This document shows positions 39,425-48,580 of a DNA stretch of 51,438 nt, in pieces. Position 1 is the first letter of the stretch. Every line of letters begins with the position of its first letter. A program made the position numbers and the translations under genes. The DNA is taken from contig CAMODU010000003.1 of assembly GCA_946611605.1 (NCBI GenBank), positions 1-51,438 of the forward strand. The letters run 5' to 3'. This DNA comes from an uncultured bacterium (GTDB taxonomy: Bacteria > Bacillota_I > Bacilli_A > RF39 > UBA660). Under the pieces are notes generated by a model, which was given only the letters and a program-made list of their open reading frames with translations, was not told the DNA's origin and ran no database searches.

Positions 39425-42367
39425 TTAAATATTTTCCAATTTAACGCTTACTAATTTAGATACACCAGATTCTTGCATAGTTATACCATATAAGTTGTTA
39501 ACATATTCCATTGTTCTCTTCTTATGTGTAATAACTATAAACTGAGTATAATCTTCATAATTCTTTAAATATGTACAGAATGTATCTACATTGTTTTCAT
39601 CTAATGCAGCCTCTACTTCATCTAATATAACAAATGGTATCTTACGTATATTTAATATACTAAATAATAAAGCAATAGCTGTTAATGTATTTTCACCACC
39701 AGATAATGTATTAATTGATTTCAAATGTTTACCTGGAGGACATGCAGTTATTTCTACACCTGTATTTAAATAATCATTAGGATCTGTTAATGAAAGACTA
39801 GCACTTCCACCTTTAAATAGTTGTTTAAAGACTTTACCGAATTCTTCATTAACTCTATCAAATGTTTCTTTAAATCTTACTTTCATTGTTTCATCTAAGT
39901 CTGTTATAACTTGCATTAAATCATTAATAGCATTTTCTAAATCATTCTTTTGATCAGTTAAGAAAGTATATCTTTCATTAATTCTATTATATTCATCAAT
40001 AGAACCGACATTAACATCTCCTAAGTCTTTTATATTACGTCTTAAATGATTTACTTTAGATCTTGCTACATCTTCATCTAAATCAAGTATATAATCATTC
40101 TTAGCTTTATCATAAGTAATTTGATATTCTTCAGACAATCTATTAAGTAAGTTATCTAATTTAATATCCATCTTACCTATTTCTACTTCTAAGTCTTTAA
40201 TTTCATTTAATTTCTTATTATATTCTGAATTTATCTTTCTATTTTGAATTTCTAATTCTTCAATAGATTGAGATAAATCATTCTTATCATTCTTTAACTT
40301 AGATAACTTATCATTAGTTAAATCTTTATTAGTTGATACTGTTAAGTATTCTTCATTTAACTTATCTAATTCTTTATCAGATGAATCATTTTTAATATTA
40401 TCTATACCTTTTAATTCATCTTGTATCTTAGATAATCTATCATTTAAATCATTAAGTTCAGACATCTTAACAGATAATAACGTATTACTAACTGTATAAG
40501 CTTCTTTTTGTTTAAACAAATTAGCTTCTAATATAGTTATATCCTTATCTAATTCATTTATATTTTCTTCTATATTCTTAGATTGATTAATATTGCTTTG
40601 TAAATCTCTATTTAAATTATCTAATTCATATTTAATATTAATTAATCCACTTGTTTGTTTCTTAAATCCACCAGATAATGAACCTCCTGTATGAGATATA
40701 TCACCATCTAATGTAATTATTCTAAACTTATAATCTAATTTCTTACCTAGTTTATTCATAGTATCAAGATTATTAACTACTAAAGTATTACCTAATTGAT
40801 TTTCTACTATATCTTGATATAGTGGATCAAATGTAACTAAATCTGATGCCACACCTATAAAACCTGCGATTTCCTTTGCATCTTTTATAACATCATCAGT
40901 TAACTTTCTTGATTTAATAATACTAATTGGAAAGAATGTTGCTCTTCCTAATTTGTTATCTTTTAAATATTCAATAGCTTTAGTAGCTGCTTTTTCTGTA
41001 TCTACTACTATAACATTTTGATTAGCACCTAAAGCAGTTTCAATAGCATTTGCATATTTTTCATCTGTATCAATTAATTTAATCAATACATCATGTATAC
41101 CTGTTAATCTAGGGTTATTAATAACAGATTTAACAGCATATGGTATTTTAGAATCATTTTCTAATGATTCATTCAATACTTCTATTTTATTCTTTATATT
41201 TATTTCATCTTTATTACGTTTATTTAATTCATCTATTAAAGTATTCTTTCTTAAAGATAAATCATTAAATTCATTAGTTAATTTATCAACATTATCTTTA
41301 TTATCACTTACTTCTTTAGTAACTTCTTTAATACTATTTTCTAATATAATTATATTCTTTTTATAATTTAATTCATCATCTTTTAAACTAATCTTATTAT
41401 TTTCAAGTTTTTGATCTTCTACTTCATATTTTTTTCTTTCTTGAAGTAATTGTTTCTTAGTTTCAAGAGAATACAATTCTTCTGATAATTTAATTAAATC
41501 ATTAGAAACTTTACTAATTTCTTCATCTAATTTAATTTGTTTAGCTTTTAAAGCTTCTAGTTTAGAATTATCAACTGAATTAGAATTATCCATATTAAGT
41601 ATTTCTTCATTACTCTTTTCTAATAATTCTTTCTTTTCTTGATATGAATCATTTATCTTCTTTATATCAGATGCAAGTAAGGCAATTTCAATGTCTTTTA
41701 ATTCATTCTTATATTCCAAATATTTAGTTGCTATTTCAGCTTGTTCTCTTAAAGGATCTAAAGAGATTTCTAATTCATCAATTACTAATGTAACTTTATC
41801 TAAGTTATTATTAGTATTATCAAGTTTTCTCATTGTTTCTTCTTTTCTCTTTTTATATTTTAATACACCAGCAGCTTCTTCTATTATTACTCTTCTATCT
41901 GATGATTTACCTTTTAATACATCTTGTATTTTACCTTGAGAAATAATTGAGAAAGAATCAGGATTAGATCCTGAATCAATAAATAAATCAGTTATATCTT
42001 TTTTCCTTACCTTAGTATTATTAATGAAATATTCATTTTCACCTGTTTTATATACTTCTCTTTTTATTTCAACTTCTTCATATGGAGTTGATAAATAATG
42101 ATCTTTATTATCAAATGTTAAAGAAACCCACGCATGAGTTTGTTTTTCACGCGAAGATGAACCCATGAAAATAACATCAGACATTGAATCGCCTGATCTT
42201 ATTTCTTTTAAAGATGATTCACCTAATACCCAACGAACAGCATCTACAACATTAGACTTACCTGATCCATTAGGTCCAACAATACCAGTTATACCATCTT
42301 TAACTTGTATTTCAATTGTATCAGCAAATGATTTAAAACCATGTGCTTTTATACTTAATAATTTCAT
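39425..42367 (-). CDS. smc: Chromosome segregation ATPase SMC (short, 980 aa)
   Basis: GFKSFA, GPNGSGKSN, hinge GRATFFP, LSGGE, LDEVEAALD. Confidence 0.95.
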   Translation of the reverse strand: MKLLSIKAHGFKSFADTIEIQVKDGITGIVGPNGSGKSNVVDAVRWVLGESSLKEIRSGDSMSDVIFMGSSSREKQTHAWVSLTFDNKDHYLSTPYEEVEIKREVYKTGENEYFINNTKVRKKDITDLFIDSGSNPDSFSIISQGKIQDVLKGKSSDRRVIIEEAAGVLKYKKRKEETMRKLDNTNNNLDKVTLVIDELEISLDPLREQAEIATKYLEYKNELKDIEIALLASDIKKINDSYQEKKELLEKSNEEILNMDNSNSVDNSKLEALKAKQIKLDEEISKVSNDLIKLSEELYSLETKKQLLQERKKYEVEDQKLENNKISLKDDELNYKKNIIILENSIKEVTKEVSDNKDNVDKLTNEFNDLSLRKNTLIDELNKRNKDEINIKNKIEVLNESLENDSKIPYAVKSVINNPRLTGIHDVLIKLIDTDEKYANAIETALGANQNVIVVDTEKAATKAIEYLKDNKLGRATFFPISIIKSRKLTDDVIKDAKEIAGFIGVASDLVTFDPLYQDIVENQLGNTLVVNNLDTMNKLGKKLDYKFRIITLDGDISHTGGSLSGGFKKQTSGLINIKYELDNLNRDLQSNINQSKNIEENINELDKDITILEANLFKQKEAYTVSNTLLSVKMSELNDLNDRLSKIQDELKGIDNIKNDSSDKELDKLNEEYLTVSTNKDLTNDKLSKLKNDKNDLSQSIEELEIQNRKINSEYNKKLNEIKDLEVEIGKMDIKLDNLLNRLSEEYQITYDKAKNDYILDLDEDVARSKVNHLRRNIKDLGDVNVGSIDEYNRINERYTFLTDQKNDLENAINDLMQVITDLDETMKVRFKETFDRVNEEFGKVFKQLFKGGSASLSLTDPNDYLNTGVEITACPPGKHLKSINTLSGGENTLTAIALLFSILNIRKIPFVILDEVEAALDENNVDTFCTYLKNYEDYTQFIVITHKKRTMEYVNNLYGITMQESGVSKLVSVKLENI

Positions 42368-42379
42368 GTTATCAATCCT

Positions 42380-43021
42380 TTAAGCCATCTTACTTATTGC
42401 ATCTTTAGCAGCATTTTGTTCTGCTTCTTTCTTTGAATGTCCTTTTCCATGACCTAATACTAGATTATCTACAATACAATCTATTTCAAATGTCTTATCA
42501 TTTTGAGGACCTTCTTCATTAGTAACAACATATTCTAAAGTCTTTTGTTGAGCTTGTAATACTTCTTGTAAATATGTTTTATAATCTTCTATAAATTTAT
42601 GATTACTTTCTACATAAGGTGTGATAATACTTAATACATATTTCTTAGCTACTGAATAACCATGTTCTAAGAATACTACAGCTAGAACAGATTCAAAACA
42701 ATCTGCTACTATTGATTGAGTATCTTCTTTAACTCCATTTCCTACTCTTATATGTTTATCTAATCCTATTTCTTTAGAATATTCATATAAAGCTTCTTCA
42801 CATACATATGATGCTCTAGTCTTAGTCATCTTTCCTTCATCACCTTTATAATAAAGATAGAAGTATTCAGATGTAGCTAACTCTAGTACAGCATCTCCTA
42901 AGAATTCTAATCTTTCATAAGATTCACAGTTATTCTCATTTGCATATGATGAATGAGTTAATGCTGTCAATAATAATTCATTATTCTTTATAACTATTCC
43001 CCTAGTCTCTAAGAAATCCAT
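42380..43021 (-). CDS. rnc: Ribonuclease III
   Basis: ERLEFLGDAVL; dsRBD G.G.SKKEAEQ.AA. Confidence 0.97.
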   Translation of the reverse strand: MDFLETRGIVIKNNELLLTALTHSSYANENNCESYERLEFLGDAVLELATSEYFYLYYKGDEGKMTKTRASYVCEEALYEYSKEIGLDKHIRVGNGVKEDTQSIVADCFESVLAVVFLEHGYSVAKKYVLSIITPYVESNHKFIEDYKTYLQEVLQAQQKTLEYVVTNEEGPQNDKTFEIDCIVDNLVLGHGKGHSKKEAEQNAAKDAISKMA

Positions 43022-43130
43022 AATTATCACCTTAACTAATTATACATAAAATAACTACTTTTATCTAGATATAATTTACAATATGCTTAAAAATTGGTAT
43101 ATTTTAAATAGATTAAAAAGGAATGATTAT

Positions 43131-43985
43131 ATGAAAAAATATATATTATTAGTATTAACTTTAGTTTCAACTTTTGTTTTAACAGGATGTATTAAAAGAG
43201 ATAAGATGGATAATATAAACATTATTACAACTGCTTATCCTATTACATATCTAACTGAAAAGATATATGGAGATAACTCTACTATATTATCTATATATCC
43301 TAATGGTATAGATATATCTAACTACGAAATAACTGATAAACAAATAAAAGAATATGCTAAAGCTAATTTATTTATCTATAATGGATTAGATGCAAATGAA
43401 AAGAAATTAGCAACTAGATTAATTAATGAAAATAAGAATATTAAACTAATTGATGCCACTCAAGGATTAAAAGTTAATTCATCTATTGAAGAGCTATGGA
43501 TATCCCCTGCTAATTATTTAATGATTGCACAAAATATAAAAGAACATCTATCAGATTTTATTACTTCTACAGTACTTAAGAATAATGTAGAAAAACAATA
43601 TGAAAAGATTAAGTTAACTATTTCATTATATGATGCTAACTTTAAGATTATTGCAGAAAATGCTGCATATAAAGATATAATAATAAATAAGAATTCATTA
43701 TCATTCTTATCAAGATACGGATTTAATATAATTACATTAGATGAATCTGAAAATAAATATAAATCTAATTTAACTAGAGCTAAAGATAATTTATCTGCAG
43801 GATCAAATAATATGATATTTGCAATAGATGGCAATGTTAATGATGATATTAAAGCAATCAATACTACTATAGTAAATGTACGTAGTATGAATAACTTATC
43901 TTTAGAAGATGTTAAAGAAAAGAATACATATGAAACTATGATGAATGAATTTATTGAACAACTTAGAACCGAGGCGTATTCATAA
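43131..43985 (+). CDS. ZnuA/TroA-fold solute-binding lipoprotein lacking canonical His ligands
   Basis: Lipobox LTGC; TTAYP, ANLFIYNG, W.SP and SRYG scaffold motifs. Confidence 0.8.
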   Translation: MKKYILLVLTLVSTFVLTGCIKRDKMDNINIITTAYPITYLTEKIYGDNSTILSIYPNGIDISNYEITDKQIKEYAKANLFIYNGLDANEKKLATRLINENKNIKLIDATQGLKVNSSIEELWISPANYLMIAQNIKEHLSDFITSTVLKNNVEKQYEKIKLTISLYDANFKIIAENAAYKDIIINKNSLSFLSRYGFNIITLDESENKYKSNLTRAKDNLSAGSNNMIFAIDGNVNDDIKAINTTIVNVRSMNNLSLEDVKEKNTYETMMNEFIEQLRTEAYS

Positions 43986-44899
43986 TGAAAGATTTATTAA
44001 TATCTCATGTAGATTTAGATGGAGTATCTCCTAATGTTTTAATGAACTTAACTGGAAGAAAGTTTGATTATAAGAACATAGAAATCATGGATATAGATAA
44101 AACATTCGATGAATTATTTAAGAAAGATTTATCTAAATATGAAAATATTTATATATGTGATTTAACATTAACAGAACATGCACATGATTTAATTAAGAAT
44201 AGTAATTTAAATAATATTAAAGTATTTGATCATCATGTATCACACTACTTCGCTAAAGATTATGATTATACAGATATAAGAGTTGATATAGATGGTAAAA
44301 AAACATGTGGAACTGAATTATTCTATTTATATTTAAAAGACAAGTATAAAGAATTAAACCATAATGATATAAAAGAATATGTAGAACTAGTAAGACAATT
44401 AGATACATATACATTTATAGATGAAGAATCTGCACAAAACTTAAATAGTCTACATGATATATTAGGTCATAAAGAATTTGTACAAACAATATCTAAAAGA
44501 TTAAAGAAGAATAAAAAACATTTTGAATTTACTCAATTTGAAAAAAGATTATTCAAAATTGAAAGAAATAAAATTAATAGATACTTATTACAAAAAGATT
44601 CAGAAATGAAAGTATATACAATCCATAATAAAAAATGTGGTGTTGTATTTCAAGAAAATAATAAATCTGAAACAGGTAATTACTTATCTACTAAACATCC
44701 TGAATTAGATTTAATAGTATTAATAGATGCATCATCTAGAGTTAGTTATAGAACTACTAAAGAAGATGTGGATTTAAATGAATTTGCATCATTATTTGGT
44801 GGAGGCGGACATAAAAAAGCAGCTGGATCAAGATTTTCAGATGATGATAGAAAACAAATAGTAGAAAGATATTTTAAAGAAATAAAAATAGAGGAATAA
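43985..44899 (+). CDS. DHH/DHHA1 phosphoesterase (NrnB-like oligoribonuclease)
   Basis: SHVDLDG, ICDL, FDHH, GGGGHKKAAG. Confidence 0.88.
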   Translation: MKDLLISHVDLDGVSPNVLMNLTGRKFDYKNIEIMDIDKTFDELFKKDLSKYENIYICDLTLTEHAHDLIKNSNLNNIKVFDHHVSHYFAKDYDYTDIRVDIDGKKTCGTELFYLYLKDKYKELNHNDIKEYVELVRQLDTYTFIDEESAQNLNSLHDILGHKEFVQTISKRLKKNKKHFEFTQFEKRLFKIERNKINRYLLQKDSEMKVYTIHNKKCGVVFQENNKSETGNYLSTKHPELDLIVLIDASSRVSYRTTKEDVDLNEFASLFGGGGHKKAAGSRFSDDDRKQIVERYFKEIKIEE

Positions 44900-44904
44900 T
44901 TCCT

Positions 44905-45483
44905 CTATTTTATTTTTCTCAACATATCTACATTATTCATCTTTTCATGATATGCTCTATGATATCCTATTACTTTATGATGTGATTGAAAATCAGTAGA
45001 TTCTAATGCATAATCTAGTACTTTATCTCCATCTTTTGAAATATCAAATAGATTGATATAATCAGCTACACTATTATATTTAGATATTAATTCTAATCTT
45101 TTACCTAATACTTCTAAACTGTATTTACTTCCATGTAAGAATCTTTTAATAACATTTAAATTACTATAATCAGTTAAAGAAGAACCTAGTCTATCCATAA
45201 CTGGATCTAAGTTATAGTAATAATAATGTTCTAAATAATATAAAATATCATATATCATCAGATAATTAACTGGAAATAATATTCCATTTTTACGACAATT
45301 ACGTATTTCTCTCATAATAGTATTAGATAAGTAAGTTGATGCTGGATCTAGTCTATCAAAAGTATCAAAAGTTTTACCTGATTCAACTATTGTAGTTCTT
45401 AGTTCTTCATCATGCACACTAAATCTATTTAATTCATCTAATACATTATTTTTAGTTGCAGAATCTAAATCTATTTTATCCAT
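44905..45483 (-). CDS. Hypothetical protein
   Basis: 192-aa ORF with a GAGG RBS. Confidence 0.7.
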   Translation of the reverse strand: MDKIDLDSATKNNVLDELNRFSVHDEELRTTIVESGKTFDTFDRLDPASTYLSNTIMREIRNCRKNGILFPVNYLMIYDILYYLEHYYYYNLDPVMDRLGSSLTDYSNLNVIKRFLHGSKYSLEVLGKRLELISKYNSVADYINLFDISKDGDKVLDYALESTDFQSHHKVIGYHRAYHEKMNNVDMLRKIK

Positions 45484-45545
45484 ATAAATTCCTCACAATT
45501 CGTTAATTATTATATATAATATATGTAAGATTAGCAAATTATAAA

Positions 45546-45574
45546 TTGACTAAGAATTATAACTTAGGTATAAT
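45546..45574 (+). promoter_or_regulatory. SigA promoter of tRNA-Ser
   Basis: TTGACT-17-TATAAT. Confidence 0.85.
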
Positions 45575-45586
45575 TATAAATGTTAT

Positions 45587-45679
45587 GCAGCAGTACTCAA
45601 GTGGTCGAAGAGGGATCCCTGCTAAGGATTTAGGCGGGCGAATGTTCGCGCGGAGGTTCAAATCCTCTCTGCTGCGCCA
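45587..45679 (+). tRNA. tRNA-Ser(GCT), 93 nt, long variable arm, CCA encoded
   Basis: Acceptor GCAGCAG/CTGCTGC, anticodon arm GATCC-CTGCTAA-GGATT, T-loop TTCAAAT, G73. Confidence 0.95.
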
Positions 45680-45682
45680 TTT

Positions 45683-45717
45683 AAAAATAAAAGAAGATGA
45701 TTATTCATCTTCTTTTT
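45683..45717. terminator. Bidirectional terminator between tRNA-Ser and the htpG operon
   Basis: aaaagaagatga-ttat-tcatcttctttt. Confidence 0.75.
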
Positions 45718-45895
45718 CATTTTCATTACAATTACAATTTTCACATGTACAAGTTTCTTCATCACAAGTACATTCTTTACCTTCTTCACAACCACATTGG
45801 CATGTTTCTTCAGTACATGTACACTCTTTACCTTCTTGGCATCCACATGTACAATCTTCTTTGCAATTACACTTCTTCTTAACTTCTTCTTGCAT
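45701..45895 (-). CDS. Metallothionein-like Cys-rich protein (64 aa, 16 Cys)
   Basis: CxC/CxCGC motifs, a 17-aa internal repeat, and a GGAGG RBS (45901-45905) overlapping the htpG stop. Confidence 0.8.
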   Translation of the reverse strand: MQEEVKKKCNCKEDCTCGCQEGKECTCTEETCQCGCEEGKECTCDEETCTCENCNCNENEKEDE

Positions 45896-45904
45896 ATTAG
45901 CCTC

Positions 45905-47773
45905 CTATTTACTTAATTCTTCACATATTAAATTAGTAATTTCAGTTGGATTATCTATAGGTAATCCTTCAATTAATCTTGCTTGTGCATATAATACTTT
46001 AGATATATTTATTATATCATCTTTCTTTTTATCTTTCTCTAATTTGATTAATTTATCTGCTATTGGATGATTCTTATTAATCTCAAGAACCTTCTTAGCA
46101 TTTAATGTTTCATCAGTAGGCATTGCATTGATGATTTTTTCCATTTCAATAGTTACATCACCAGTTGATGATAAACTAACAGGATGTTTAGATAATTTAT
46201 TAGTAAATTTAACATCAGATAAATCTGTTATTGATGTTTTAATTACATCTAATAATTTCTTATTATCTTCATTAAACTTCTTTAATTCATCTTTTTCTTC
46301 ATCAGTAGAAAGGTCAGTTTCTTCTTTTTGAATATTAATTAATTCTTTACCATCGTATTTTTGTAATACTTGCATTACAAATTCATCTAAATAATTATCA
46401 CAGTAAAGTATTTCAATATCTTTATCTTTATAATTATCTACTACAGGTAAATTATCAATCTTATCTATAGATTCACCACATACATAATAAATTTTATCTT
46501 TACTTCTTTCACTTATTTCTTTTAAAGTTACTAACTTCTTATCTTTAGATGATGTGAATAATAATAAATCCTTTAATTTATCTTTATCCATACCAAAGTT
46601 GTTATAACATCCGAATTTAATATTCATACCAAATTCTTTAAAGAATTCTTCATACTTTTCTCTATTATCATTTAATAAAGATTCTAATTCTTTAGTAATC
46701 TTAGTATCTAATGATTTAGCTATAGTTTGTAATACATTATCTTGTTGTAGAGTTTCTCTTGATATATTTAATGATAAATCTTCAGAGTCTACTATACCTT
46801 TAATAAATGAATAATAATCAGGAACTAATTCCTTACATTTATCCATAATTAATACACCATTAGAATATAATTGTAATCCCTTTTCATATTCTTTAGTATA
46901 GTAATCATATGGAGCTTTAGATGGAATAAATATTAATGATCTATAATTAACTTTACCTTCTACATTAGATTTAATATGCATGATAGGTTCATTATAATCA
47001 ACAAACTTATCCATATAATATGAATTATATTCAGAATCATCTACATTAGTTTTCTTCCATATAGGAACCATACTATTTAATGTTTCTTCTACTACTTTAT
47101 CTTCATATTCATCTTTAGTTCCTTGTTTAGGTACACTCTTGTTAATATCCATCTTAATAGGATATGTAATATAATCAGAATATTTCTTTATTAATTCTTG
47201 TATCTTATGTGTATGTAAGTATTCAGAATATTTAACATCTTCTGTATCTTCTTTTAAAGTAATAATAATATCAGTTCCAACTGTATCTTTATTAGTTTCA
47301 TTAATAGTATAACCATCTATACCAGATGATTCCCATACATATGCATCTTTTTCACCATATCCTTTAGATATAACTTTAATATTAGATGCTACCATGAAAG
47401 CTGAATAAAAACCTACACCAAATTTACCAATTATATCTATATCTTCTTTATGTTCATTTTCAGCTTTAAATACTTCAGATCCTGATTTAGCTATAGTACC
47501 TAAATTGTTTTCTAATTCATCTTTAGTCATACCTATACCATTATCAGATATAGTTATTGTTTTATTATCTTCATCTACATATATTTTAATAAATAAATCT
47601 TCTTTATTAACTTTAATCTTTCTATCAGTTAAAGAATTATAATATAACTTATCTAATGCATCAGATGAGTTACTTATTAATTCTCTTAAGAATATATCTT
47701 TATTTGTATATATAGAATTAATCATTAAGTCCATTAGTTTTTTAGACTCAGTTTTAAATTGCTTTTTAGCCAT
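45905..47773 (-). CDS. htpG: Chaperone HtpG (Hsp90)
   Basis: IFLRELISNSSDA, DNGIGM, NLGTIAKSG, GKFGVGFYS, LNISRE.LQ. Confidence 0.98.
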   Translation of the reverse strand: MAKKQFKTESKKLMDLMINSIYTNKDIFLRELISNSSDALDKLYYNSLTDRKIKVNKEDLFIKIYVDEDNKTITISDNGIGMTKDELENNLGTIAKSGSEVFKAENEHKEDIDIIGKFGVGFYSAFMVASNIKVISKGYGEKDAYVWESSGIDGYTINETNKDTVGTDIIITLKEDTEDVKYSEYLHTHKIQELIKKYSDYITYPIKMDINKSVPKQGTKDEYEDKVVEETLNSMVPIWKKTNVDDSEYNSYYMDKFVDYNEPIMHIKSNVEGKVNYRSLIFIPSKAPYDYYTKEYEKGLQLYSNGVLIMDKCKELVPDYYSFIKGIVDSEDLSLNISRETLQQDNVLQTIAKSLDTKITKELESLLNDNREKYEEFFKEFGMNIKFGCYNNFGMDKDKLKDLLLFTSSKDKKLVTLKEISERSKDKIYYVCGESIDKIDNLPVVDNYKDKDIEILYCDNYLDEFVMQVLQKYDGKELINIQKEETDLSTDEEKDELKKFNEDNKKLLDVIKTSITDLSDVKFTNKLSKHPVSLSSTGDVTIEMEKIINAMPTDETLNAKKVLEINKNHPIADKLIKLEKDKKKDDIINISKVLYAQARLIEGLPIDNPTEITNLICEELSK

Positions 47774-47796
47774 TCTAACACTTCCTTACAATTAAT

Positions 47797-47839
47797 GTTA
47801 TAGCACTTATAATTAGCACTGTCAATATATAAGTGCTAA
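47797..47839 (-). promoter_or_regulatory. CIRCE (47813-47839) overlapping the htpG promoter TTGACA-17-TATAAC
   Basis: TTAGCACTG-N9-AAGTGCTAA; -35 at 47820-47825. Confidence 0.9.
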
Positions 47840-47867
47840 TTATACATAAAAAGAAAAAAGCATATAC

Positions 47868-48488
47868 TTATGCTTTAAATTCTTGTGCGTAATAGAAAGT
47901 ATTACCAGTTGGTGCAACTCCTATTCCTACATACTTTAAATCAGGATTCATTATATTATGTTCATGTGTAGGAGAATTCATAAATGCTTTCATAGCTCTT
48001 TCTACATCGTTGAAACCATATGAAATATTTTCTGCTGCTCTATTATATTTAATTCCTAATTCCTTATATACAGTAGACCATTTACTTCCATCAGGTCTAG
48101 TATGTTCAAATACACCTGTTCTTGCCATCTCAGCAGCTCTTACACTTGCAGCTAATGATAATTCATAACTATATTCTAAATCACTTAATCCTTTTTCTCT
48201 TCTATATCTATTAATAACACTTATCATTTCATTTATAGTATTAATATATGTATTAATATTATTCTTAGCTATACTTAAATCATCATTAGTAGAAACGCTT
48301 GTTGTTGTAGTTCTTTTAACTGTAGTTGTTAAAGTACTAGTAGTTGTTTTAGTTGTTGTTGTATTACCTTGATTTACATATGCTAAAGGAGTAATACTAT
48401 TTTCATATGTATTACTATCTTTTTTAATACCACATCCAACTATTATTAATAAAGATAATAATAGTATTCCTATCTTCTTACCAACCAT
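47868..48488 (-). CDS. CAP/SCP-domain lipoprotein
   Basis: Lipobox IVGC, Thr-rich linker, IN.YR...GL, FEHTRPDG, AENI, SPTHEHNI. Confidence 0.88.
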   Translation of the reverse strand: MVGKKIGILLLSLLIIVGCGIKKDSNTYENSITPLAYVNQGNTTTTKTTTSTLTTTVKRTTTTSVSTNDDLSIAKNNINTYINTINEMISVINRYRREKGLSDLEYSYELSLAASVRAAEMARTGVFEHTRPDGSKWSTVYKELGIKYNRAAENISYGFNDVERAMKAFMNSPTHEHNIMNPDLKYVGIGVAPTGNTFYYAQEFKA

Positions 48489-48541
48489 ATATATTCCCCT
48501 TTTGTTAAGTACATATTATATATTAATATGAATTTTTAGTC

Positions 48542-48572
48542 AAAAAAAATAAGCATGTATAAATACATGCTT
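48542..48572 (-). terminator. Intrinsic terminator
   Basis: aagcatgtat-aa-atacatgctt with a T-tract on the minus strand. Confidence 0.7.
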
Positions 48573-48580
48573 TGTGTCTA

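Noticed and set aside
39425-42367. Short SMC as a Wadjet/defence or SbcC protein
   Set aside because: It has the canonical SMC head and hinge motifs and the usual rnc-smc linkage; shortened arms are known in reduced Bacilli and Mollicutes.
45546-46070. 174-aa plus-strand ORF with S/H/V repeats, plus 45658..45846 and 45697..45882
   Set aside because: They overlap tRNA-Ser or are antisense/off-frame to the Cys-rich gene. The TTG start of the 174-aa ORF is the tRNA -35 box. Only 45701..45895 has a good RBS.
12779-46331. Other short ORFs nested in long genes (e.g. 17321, 17738, 19642, 29719, 29724, 32222, 32964, 34672, 39591, 41691, 42165, 43514, 46128)
   Set aside because: They lie within well-supported genes on the opposite strand or another frame, with no recognisable motifs.
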